Assembly (NCBI GenBank): GCA_046759165.1
Contig: JBHIBS010000010.1
Span: 1 to 52,022 of the forward strand
DNA length: 52,022 nt
Direction: 5' to 3'
From: a bacterium
GTDB lineage: Bacteria > UBA6262 > WVXT01
Shown here: one piece after another, positions 30,184 to 37,687 of the stretch
Numbering within the stretch: the first letter of the stretch is position 1
Layout of the letters: every line of letters starts with the position of its first letter
Position numbers and translations under genes: made by a program
Notes under the pieces: model-generated
The model's database searches: none
The model's input: only the letters and a program-made list of their open reading frames with translations
What the model was told of the DNA's origin: nothing

Positions 30184-30203
30184 ACCATAGACCTCGTCTT
30201 TTC

Positions 30204-30581
30204 TCAGTAACTTATAGCATTATATTCCGCATTGGATATTCCAACAATTTCTATCAATACTTTATTCGGCACACAAATGATTGTTTGACCAGGTTTTGAT
30301 ATCCAGCCTGTCTGCACACATATTTTCTGAGGACAATCAGATTTTAATACTCTTATACGTCCTTCTTTGACTTCTATTTCCATATCAGCATAATTTATGA
30401 TTTTCTCTTCTGATAAGTTAACCTCTTTTATTAACTTTCCATTCTCATAGATAAAAGCCTTCTCGCCACCATTAGACCTGAAGTTCTTGAACGAGAGAAG
30501 AGAACTAACAGAAAATATTAATATTATTCCAGCAAGAATAAAATCATATTTAGATACTTGATAGAGATTTCGTCTGTTCAT
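30204..30581 (-). CDS. NusG domain II (DUF1312)-like extracytoplasmic protein
   Basis: N-terminal TM, SDCPQKICVQTGWI...IICVPNKV. Confidence 0.88.
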   Translation of the reverse strand: MNRRNLYQVSKYDFILAGIILIFSVSSLLSFKNFRSNGGEKAFIYENGKLIKEVNLSEEKIINYADMEIEVKEGRIRVLKSDCPQKICVQTGWISKPGQTIICVPNKVLIEIVGISNAEYNAISY

Positions 30582-31449
30582 GTTTTCTGCTCACTACATA
30601 TTCAGATAAATTTTTTAAACTTTCTTTGTGCTTTGAGTTTGAGTTATTGAAAAATGCAATGTTTTCTTTAGCTCGCAGGGCATATTCTTTCGCCTTTTCC
30701 AGCATATCTATCTTGAAAGTAAATGGAGAGTCGCCATCCAGATAGTCATCCATTATCTGATAAGAAATTCCAAAATTATGACCAAATTTTTGGAGTAGCG
30801 AAACTTGTTTCGCGTTTTGACGCAGACCAAGGTCTGCTACTCCTTGAAGTACTAATATTGACCCAGCCTGGCAACAGACAGACATAAAACCTGCAGTTTT
30901 GTTCTCAATTATCTTCAAATATTCTTCAAAAGAAGAGATAGGTCTTCTTAATTCATCGATTTCACCACGGCACATTTTTTCTACACATTGGGATAGAATC
31001 CTCACTATTTTCTTATCAAGTTTATTGGTCAGAAGTGAAAAAGCGCGAGCATATAACATATCGCCTGCCAAGACAGCAATTTGATTACCAAATTGTTTAT
31101 TTAAGCTTGGCTGTTCTCTCCGCTGTAGCGCGTTATCTACTATGTCGTCGTGTATCAAAGTTGCGTTATGAATGAGTTCAACTGCAGTAGCCAAATGAAT
31201 CAGGTTCTCGGTTATCCGTTTTTGGGGCTCGTTAACGGTTTTAGCAGATAGTAAAACTAATGCCGGCCGGAGGCGTTTGCCCGGAACATTGAAGAAATAA
31301 CTGATAATTTCGCTCACCCCCGCCCATCGTTGATGGACAGGGTTCACAAATTTTTGATTTTCGCTAACTGAATTTACCTGTTCTTTTAATTCTGTCTCAA
31401 CCTGAGATAACTCTTTGGATATTGGTTGATAGATTTCTTTAAGTTCCAT
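30550..31449 (-). CDS. Polyprenyl diphosphate synthase (HepT/IspB/DmkB-like)
   Basis: GKRLRP, ELIHNATLIHDDIVD..RR, AVLAGD, KTA, YQIMDDYLD; alternative start 31461. Confidence 0.9.
   Translation of the reverse strand: MELKEIYQPISKELSQVETELKEQVNSVSENQKFVNPVHQRWAGVSEIISYFFNVPGKRLRPALVLLSAKTVNEPQKRITENLIHLATAVELIHNATLIHDDIVDNALQRREQPSLNKQFGNQIAVLAGDMLYARAFSLLTNKLDKKIVRILSQCVEKMCRGEIDELRRPISSFEEYLKIIENKTAGFMSVCCQAGSILVLQGVADLGLRQNAKQVSLLQKFGHNFGISYQIMDDYLDGDSPFTFKIDMLEKAKEYALRAKENIAFFNNSNSKHKESLKNLSEYVVSRKHEQTKSLSSI
30792..30843. repeat. 52-bp REP doublet embedded in frame in the polyprenyl synthase
   Basis: ggagtagc/gctactcc terminal arms around hairpins gcgaaacttgtttcgc and gcagaccaaggtctgc; same layout and length as 34352-34403. 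Confidence 0.75.
31314..31347. mobile_element. 30-nt in-frame hairpin insertion with 4-bp direct repeat
   Basis: Minus strand GTGA-accctgtccatc-aac-gatgggcgggg-GTGA; encodes NPVHQRWAGV. Confidence 0.55.
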
Positions 31450-31450
31450 T

Positions 31451-31906
31451 TTATTCTTCATTTGGTTCTTTCCGTTTTTCTGGCCAATTTACCCACTTGC
31501 TTATTTTCATTTTCAAGAGCTTTTCTACTTTTTGAACCAAATCTTCCGGCTGGGCTGGTTTATCGATAAAATCATCAACAGGAAGATACTCACCATCGGT
31601 TTTAGGCGAAAAGCCAAAATCAGGATTTTGAACATTGACTGCCGTGACCATCAATATCGGTATAGGTGCAAGCATCTTATCTTGTTTCATTTTGACAGCA
31701 TAATCAAAGCCTTTTGTCTGTTTTTTACTGCCAAACATTACATCAAGAATAATTAAATCAGGCTTTTCTTCTTTTGCCTTTCGGAAACCCTCATCAGGAC
31801 TAAAAGCAGAATCCACCTGATAATTCTTTGCTTCTAATGTAATTTTCATTGCTTCAACCATATCAATATCGTCCTCAATAATAAGAATTTTTGGCTTATC
31901 AGTCAT
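31451..31906 (-). CDS. Single-domain response regulator (receiver only)
   Basis: ILIIEDD, PDLIILDVM, ILMVTA, FIDKP; no output domain. Confidence 0.9.
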   Translation of the reverse strand: MTDKPKILIIEDDIDMVEAMKITLEAKNYQVDSAFSPDEGFRKAKEEKPDLIILDVMFGSKKQTKGFDYAVKMKQDKMLAPIPILMVTAVNVQNPDFGFSPKTDGEYLPVDDFIDKPAQPEDLVQKVEKLLKMKISKWVNWPEKRKEPNEE

Positions 31907-33252
31907 CTTGTTCCTCCTTTTGGCAGAGTAAAGATAAACCTACTACCTTTTCCTACTTGACTCTCAACCCAGATTTCTCCTTTATGAGCCTCAATAATTT
32001 GTTTAACAATTGACAAACCAAGTCCTGTCCCATCTTTTTCCATCTGTTCAGCATTTTTTGCGCGATAAAAATCTTCAAAAATATGGGATAAATCTTCTTG
32101 AGGAATACCAATACCAGTATCCGAAACCACAGTTTGAAAACAATCTGGTTGTTCTATTGTTTGGATTCCAACATTCCCGCCCCAGGGTGTATATTTAATG
32201 GCATTTACTATTAAATTAACCAGTAATTGTTCCAAGGCATCAGGATTAGCAGAAATTAAAGAACTAGTAGTAGAATTTTCTAATGACAGGGTGAGTCCTT
32301 TCTCTTCCGCCCTCCCTTTCAGTTGTTCAATTACTTTTTTTACTATTTCAGAAAATGATATAAGTTTTTTCTCCAACTCTTTGGTTGCTCTAATCTTGGA
32401 AAGGTCCAAAAGGTCCTTGACAAAATGTAATACCTGCCGACTACGCTGTTCAGCACGAGCAACCATTTCTCTTGACTTTTCAGAAATTGAGCCTGTTAAA
32501 TCGCTTAAGACAACTTTGAGACAACTTTGAATTGTGGAAAGAGAGGCCTGCAATTCATGAGATACAGTCTGTACATATTGTGATTTTAGACGATCTTGTT
32601 CTGCCAATTTCTCATTCACTACTGCCAGTTCTCTTTCTCCTTTCCTTAATCTATTAACAATACAAGTTGCCATATAAATGGTTAAATATAATGTACTGAC
32701 AAAAACAGAAAATACACCTAACAGATAGCGAGGATGTAAACATAATTCTTCATGAATAAATCCCCCTAAGTGATAATGGGGCAGAATCCTCAGACATTCT
32801 CCTAATATAACTCCCCCAAAAAGAACTATAGCTAAAGTAGCCTGAAGATAGGCTGCTCTATTTGATAAAAGAATGCTGGCAATAACCATATGAAAGATAA
32901 AGTAAAATATAAAAGGATTTTCTGCGCCACCGGAAAAATGAATTAAATAAGTAAGCATAATCAAATCCAATGAAATCTGAAGATTAGCAAAACGGTTTGC
33001 CTTCTTGAACCATTCATTTCTATCTTTCTGAGATTCGAGTCGTTGCTTATAAAAGAAAAATAAAATATTGTAAAAAACCAATGCTACATTTCCCAAATAG
33101 AGAGGAAATAAAGGTAACTTTACCCTTAAAATATACGTCGTGACAGTGATTACAATAAATACACCAATAGCCGCAAACCATCTCAAATCAATGAGCCATT
33201 TTATTCTTTGTCTAAGTTCTCTTTCTGAGGCAATTTGTTTTAATTCATTCAT
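31903..33252 (-). CDS. Membrane sensor histidine kinase
   Basis: About six TM helices, VSHELQASL H-box, NLIVNAIKYT, DTGIGI, GTGLGL; ATG 33252 follows menA stop. Confidence 0.9.
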   Translation of the reverse strand: MNELKQIASERELRQRIKWLIDLRWFAAIGVFIVITVTTYILRVKLPLFPLYLGNVALVFYNILFFFYKQRLESQKDRNEWFKKANRFANLQISLDLIMLTYLIHFSGGAENPFIFYFIFHMVIASILLSNRAAYLQATLAIVLFGGVILGECLRILPHYHLGGFIHEELCLHPRYLLGVFSVFVSTLYLTIYMATCIVNRLRKGERELAVVNEKLAEQDRLKSQYVQTVSHELQASLSTIQSCLKVVLSDLTGSISEKSREMVARAEQRSRQVLHFVKDLLDLSKIRATKELEKKLISFSEIVKKVIEQLKGRAEEKGLTLSLENSTTSSLISANPDALEQLLVNLIVNAIKYTPWGGNVGIQTIEQPDCFQTVVSDTGIGIPQEDLSHIFEDFYRAKNAEQMEKDGTGLGLSIVKQIIEAHKGEIWVESQVGKGSRFIFTLPKGGTR

Positions 33253-33253
33253 C

Positions 33254-34174
33254 TTATTTAACCAATAGGTCGAGTAGATAGCTACCACTCAACAATAGTC
33301 CAATTGTTAAATGCAAACCAATAGTTGCTGCATTAGCTGGAAGTAATTCATAAATCTTATCGTAGCTTGACTTAGCCACCCTAATCGCCTTAATGCATAA
33401 AGGAAGAGTAATGAAAATTATTAAAGCAAAGTAAGGAAAATTTTTTGTAATGACTCCTAAAATAACCCACAAATAAATGAATCCTAAGAGTAGATAATAA
33501 ACTTTAATCGCTTTTTTCTTTCCTAAGATTACTACCAATGTCCTTTTGCCTGCTTGTTTATCTGCTTCGTAATCAGGGAATTCGTTGATATAGAGAACCA
33601 GAGCAATGAGAATACCTATCGGGATTGAGGCAAAAAATGGTAACCAAGATAATTGATGGGCCTGGACATAATATGAACCTAAAACCATAACTGGACCAAA
33701 CCCTAAACCTACAGATAGTTCACCAAATCCTGTATATCCAATTCGAATAGGAGCAGCATTATAAAAGAATGCTAAAAATATTCCAATGATGCCTATAATT
33801 AAAAGAACATTTCCAGGCAAAACAAAATTCAGGTATAGACCAATAGTAATGCCTACCAAGAAACAGAAAATACTACCCCGAAGTACCTGGTGAGGCGCAA
33901 GAAGCCTTTCTTGTATTACCCTACTTCCACCACTAAAAGGCGTAGAGAAACGATTTATTTCATCAACCCCTGATTTATGGTCAAAATAGTCATTTGCTAA
34001 ATCTAATCCTGCGTGGATGAAAAGTCCCCCAATTAAGGCAAACAGGAAAAACAACCAATTAAACTTACCGAACTGATGCCAGGCTATCACTGCGCCCAGT
34101 GTTATGGGAACCAAAGTGGCAGTAAAAAATTGTGGTCTGATTGCCTTTAACCAAATCATCATCTTGCTCATCAT
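33254..34174 (-). CDS. menA: 1,4-dihydroxy-2-naphthoate prenyltransferase (MenA/DmkA, UbiA family)
   Basis: WLKAIRP, LANDYFDHKSGVD, FSGGSR, INEFPDYEADKQAGKRTL. Confidence 0.88.
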   Translation of the reverse strand: MMSKMMIWLKAIRPQFFTATLVPITLGAVIAWHQFGKFNWLFFLFALIGGLFIHAGLDLANDYFDHKSGVDEINRFSTPFSGGSRVIQERLLAPHQVLRGSIFCFLVGITIGLYLNFVLPGNVLLIIGIIGIFLAFFYNAAPIRIGYTGFGELSVGLGFGPVMVLGSYYVQAHQLSWLPFFASIPIGILIALVLYINEFPDYEADKQAGKRTLVVILGKKKAIKVYYLLLGFIYLWVILGVITKNFPYFALIIFITLPLCIKAIRVAKSSYDKIYELLPANAATIGLHLTIGLLLSGSYLLDLLVK

Positions 34175-34187
34175 CTATTACCTCTTC

Positions 34188-34346
34188 CTGTCATTGCAAG
34201 ATCCATACCCCCTTCTCTGCTCCTCCCCACACCCAGTTTGCTGGGTGTGGGGAAGGAAATCAGGGGGGAAATAAATTAGGTCGTAGTAATCGACCCACAG
34301 AGTTCCCGATTGAAAATCGGGATGAGACTGAAGGTCGTGGCAATCC
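34188..34346. repeat. Composite palindromic intergenic element, partly homologous to 11652-11724
   Basis: ctgtcattgc start, ctctgctcctcccc, nested hairpins cacacccag-tttg-ctgggtgtg and cccgatt-gaa-aatcggg, gtggcaatc end. Confidence 0.6.
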
Positions 34347-34351
34347 AGTAT

Positions 34352-34403
34352 GGAGTAGCACCGCTCGCGGTGCGTTGACGCTCCGATGAATCGGAGCTAC
34401 TCC
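34352..34403. repeat. 52-bp REP doublet (GTAG type)
   Basis: ggagtagc-accgctcgcggtgc-gttgac-gctccgatgaatcggagc-tactcc; extra tggagtagca at 34411-34420. Confidence 0.75.
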
Positions 34404-34465
34404 GGACTAATGGAGTAGCAAATTGCCAGACAAGCAAACATACTCTGGATGTATGTCATATGTCA

Positions 34466-35299
34466 TTAGAGTTTTTCTGTAAATTCCTTAATCTGGGCGT
34501 AAGTAAAAACAGGCCCATCTTTACAGACATAAAGATGACTAATCATACAATGTCCACATTTGCCGATACCACATTGCATCTGTCTTTCTAATGTAGTGAT
34601 AATTTGTTCTGGCGAGAACTTCATTTTTTCTAAAGATAACAAAGTAAACTTAATCATAATCGGTGGCCCACAAGTAACTACTATGGAATCCTTCGGTGAA
34701 GGATTCACTTCTTCTAAAATCTTTGGCACAAGACCAATCTTTTCTTTCCAGTCTGATGTTTCACCGCCTGGATCAACTGTAAGTACGGTTTTTACTCTGG
34801 GCATCTGTTCCCATTTTTTTAATTCTTCCTTATAGACCAAATCACCAACTGTACGTGCACCATAAATTATGGTTATATCACGAAAGTCTTTCCGATTATC
34901 TAAACAATACCAGATTAGAGACCTCAGTGGAGCAACCCCTATGCCTCCTGCAACAAAAATCAAATTCTTACCCCACATATCTTCAACCGGGAATCCATTC
35001 CCGTAGGGACCGCGTATTCCTACAATATCTCCTTCTTCTAATTCGTGAACTGCCTGAGTGACCTTGCCTAGTCTCTTAATACTGCATTCAATATATCCTT
35101 GCCTGGTCGGTGAAGAAGATAAACAAAACGGGGCTTCACCAATTCCATATACTGAAAGCTCAATAAACTGTCCCGGACGATAAGAGAAATCTTTACAGAG
35201 TTTTTTATTTAGGAATACTATTTTAAGAGTTCTAATATCCTCTGTTTCTTCGGTTATCTTTTCAATTTTAGCTGAATTAGGAATGTATGGATTCTGCAT
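34466..35299 (-). CDS. flxA: FlxA: FAD/NAD-binding [2Fe-2S] oxidoreductase subunit (AsrB/HydG-like)
   Basis: PGQF, GEAPF, RGPYGNGF, AGGIGVAPL, CGPPIM, MQCGIGKCGHC...VCKDGPVF; last gene of hdrCBA-flxDCBA order. Confidence 0.85.
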   Translation of the reverse strand: MQNPYIPNSAKIEKITEETEDIRTLKIVFLNKKLCKDFSYRPGQFIELSVYGIGEAPFCLSSSPTRQGYIECSIKRLGKVTQAVHELEEGDIVGIRGPYGNGFPVEDMWGKNLIFVAGGIGVAPLRSLIWYCLDNRKDFRDITIIYGARTVGDLVYKEELKKWEQMPRVKTVLTVDPGGETSDWKEKIGLVPKILEEVNPSPKDSIVVTCGPPIMIKFTLLSLEKMKFSPEQIITTLERQMQCGIGKCGHCMISHLYVCKDGPVFTYAQIKEFTEKL

Positions 35300-36266
35300 C
35301 TTTTAATACCTCAGTAAAATCTATCTTTACTGGACAGTTCCTTATACAACGACCACAGCCTACACAAAGATATTCACCATAATTTTTTTTGTGATAACTA
35401 AATTTATGATAATACCACTGTTTATATCTGGCAACTTTCTTCTCCCGAGGATTTGTTCCTGCTGCTTCTTTGGTAAACGAGGGAAAACTACAAGCAGCCC
35501 AGAATCTTATTCGTTTTCTTTCTTCATCTACTAAACTAAAACAGTGGCAGGTAGCACAGAGATAACGACAAATTCCACAGCTGATGCATTTCCGAGAGAT
35601 TTTATCCCAAAAGTCATTTTCAAATATTGCTTCTAAGTTTTCAGGAACTCTTAAATCCTTAACTATTTTCTTTTGAACTTCCTGAATCAATTCCTGCTTT
35701 TCTTTTCTATGAGATTCTTTTACATCTTTACCATAATCTTTTAGAAGATTTTTTCCCTTCTCAGTAATTATTTGAGCAAAGTAAGTCTCGTTTTTTAATT
35801 TTGTAAACAGAACATCCAGGCCCTGTGTTGAAAAAGGACCCTTCTCATCCAAGGAGTAACAAAAACAGGTATTATCGGGATTTTCACAGGTTAATCCCAC
35901 CAGAATAGTTTTTTCTCTTTTTTCTAAATAATAGGTATCTTTATAGTCTCCATCAAAGATTTTATCTAAAAGAGCTAAACTCCGTGCATCGCAGGGACGT
36001 ATGCCCCAAATGACAGTAGTTCGTAGCTCGTGGGGTGTGGCTTGTGGTTCATTATTAGAATAAGTGAATAAAATTTCTCGTGGTGAGAAAAAGAGTTCTT
36101 TTGCTGGTTTTAACGAATTCGTATAATCCCAGAAAATTTCTTCTCTTTTTTTTATTGCCTTGAATAAGACAAGCTCCTCTTCTTTAATAGGAGCGATGAT
36201 TTCATAATTATTCATCAAATCAGAAATTAGTCTATTTATCTCTGTTTTTGTAATAATCTTTTCCAT
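35277..36266 (-). CDS. flxB: FlxB: 4Fe-4S dicluster subunit (AsrA-like)
   Basis: GIRPCD, TCFC, CISCGICRYLCATCHCF, CVGCGRCIRNCP. Confidence 0.82.
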   Translation of the reverse strand: MEKIITKTEINRLISDLMNNYEIIAPIKEEELVLFKAIKKREEIFWDYTNSLKPAKELFFSPREILFTYSNNEPQATPHELRTTVIWGIRPCDARSLALLDKIFDGDYKDTYYLEKREKTILVGLTCENPDNTCFCYSLDEKGPFSTQGLDVLFTKLKNETYFAQIITEKGKNLLKDYGKDVKESHRKEKQELIQEVQKKIVKDLRVPENLEAIFENDFWDKISRKCISCGICRYLCATCHCFSLVDEERKRIRFWAACSFPSFTKEAAGTNPREKKVARYKQWYYHKFSYHKKNYGEYLCVGCGRCIRNCPVKIDFTEVLKDAESIHS

Positions 36267-36283
36267 AAGGCATACATTAAGGA

Positions 36284-36337
36284 TAGCCGCACCTTCTACA
36301 GGTGCGGATTAACGCTCCGATGAATCGGAGCGACTAC
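36284..36337. repeat. REP doublet overlapping the flxC stop codon
   Basis: ccgcacc/ggtgcgg and cgctccgatgaatcggagcg hairpins; 20-mer 36312-36331 identical to 34378-34397. Confidence 0.7.
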
Positions 36338-37206
36338 CGAATAAAATCCTGAGAATCTTCCTCCTTAAAGTCATCAAGAGGAGGTTTTGCTTCCCAACTT
36401 TCTCCTGGAGAATAATCAAATAGTTCTTTTATTTCCTTAGACATTTTCTTGTTCAGTTTTGATAAAGGAATATTCACAGGACAAACTCGTTCGCACTCAC
36501 CACAATCAATACATCGACCGGCTAAATGGTAGGCTCTGACAATATTCCAGGCAACATTCCCTTTTAGAGATGGAGAAGAAAGAATCCATTGAGGAATATT
36601 CTGGTCAGTAATACATTCTTGACAATAACATAAAGGACAAACTTGACGGCAGGCATAACAGCGAATACATTTCTCAAACTGTTTCTTCCAGAAGTCCCAT
36701 TTTTCTTTAACTTTCTTTATTTCAAATTCGGCAATATCCGCATAAGGGTCTTTTCCCTGATTCTCGGTGCTTGGCGCTATATTCGGGTTCTTAATAAGAA
36801 TATCGTAAACCTTAGGGATATGTGCTTGGCAATATTGACATTTATCCAATACCTTCTCATCGATTACTTGTTTTTCGCACTCTACACCGATAATCACAAT
36901 GTTTTCTCGTTTTATTTGATTTTCCTGAATAAGACCAACGATCGATTTGACATCGCAACCTTTGGTAACAATCCCAATCCGTTTTCGATTCTCGATTTTC
37001 AGTTTTAATAACTCGGGCAAATAGACAGAAAGATTATAGACACAATATTCGTTCCAAATAAGTTTTTCAATTTCATTCTCATCGTCAACAAAACATGGAG
37101 TGGCGGAAAAACCATCTTTTCCTTTTCCATACCCAATAATTAAATCAACTTTTCTGTGTTGAAATAATTTTTTTGCTTCCTGTTGAAGTTGTTTTAACTG
37201 TTCCAT
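36334..37206 (-). CDS. flxC: FlxC: 4Fe-4S dicluster subunit
   Basis: KGCD, CIRCYACRQVCPLCYCQEC, HLAGRCIDCGECERVCP. Confidence 0.82.
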   Translation of the reverse strand: MEQLKQLQQEAKKLFQHRKVDLIIGYGKGKDGFSATPCFVDDENEIEKLIWNEYCVYNLSVYLPELLKLKIENRKRIGIVTKGCDVKSIVGLIQENQIKRENIVIIGVECEKQVIDEKVLDKCQYCQAHIPKVYDILIKNPNIAPSTENQGKDPYADIAEFEIKKVKEKWDFWKKQFEKCIRCYACRQVCPLCYCQECITDQNIPQWILSSPSLKGNVAWNIVRAYHLAGRCIDCGECERVCPVNIPLSKLNKKMSKEIKELFDYSPGESWEAKPPLDDFKEEDSQDFIR

Positions 37207-37219
37207 ATTAACTATTCAC

Positions 37220-37669
37220 CTAATCACTTATCCACTGCTTGTTTGGCCCAGCATCCTTTACTTCTTCGGTAATTTTTGAGGCAACTTCTGCCCATTTTTT
37301 ATCTTCAGCAGCGGAAACCCAACTTACTTGAAATCGGCGAGGGTCGATACCGACAAACTCCAAAAGTTTCTTGAATATAGCAAACCTGCGGCGAGCATAA
37401 TAGTTTCCTTCAGTATAATGACAATCACCAGGATGGCAACCCGAAAGTAAGACACCATCCGCACCTCTTTCTAATGCTTTAAGAACAAATAAAGGATTCA
37501 TTCTTCCGGAACAGGTTACCCGAATGATTCGAAGATTAGCTGGATATTTTAGTCTACTCCCTCCGGCTAAGTCTGCTCCAGCATAAGAGCACCAATTACA
37601 TAAAAAACCAATAATTTTAGGCTGCCACTCTTCTGGTTTATTGTTTATGGCTGATGGTTTATTGTTCAT
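37220..37669 (-). CDS. flxD: FlxD/MvhD [2Fe-2S] subunit
   Basis: FLCNWCSYAGAD, VTCSGR, GADGV, GCHPGDCHY, WVSAAE. Confidence 0.92.
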   Translation of the reverse strand: MNNKPSAINNKPEEWQPKIIGFLCNWCSYAGADLAGGSRLKYPANLRIIRVTCSGRMNPLFVLKALERGADGVLLSGCHPGDCHYTEGNYYARRRFAIFKKLLEFVGIDPRRFQVSWVSAAEDKKWAEVASKITEEVKDAGPNKQWISD

Positions 37670-37687
37670 TTTTCTATTAACTATCGG

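Noticed and set aside
30204-30581. Transcription factor NusG
   Set aside because: Only the domain II-like fold with a membrane anchor is present; no NGN or KOW domains.
28114-36337. CRISPR array
   Set aside because: The repeats are dispersed palindromes with no regular repeat-spacer period, and there are no cas genes.
34466-37206. Anaerobic sulfite reductase AsrAB or sulfhydrogenase subunits
   Set aside because: Same families, but the order after hdrCBA and an MvhD-like gene fits flxDCBA; no adjacent AsrC or NiFe hydrogenase subunit.
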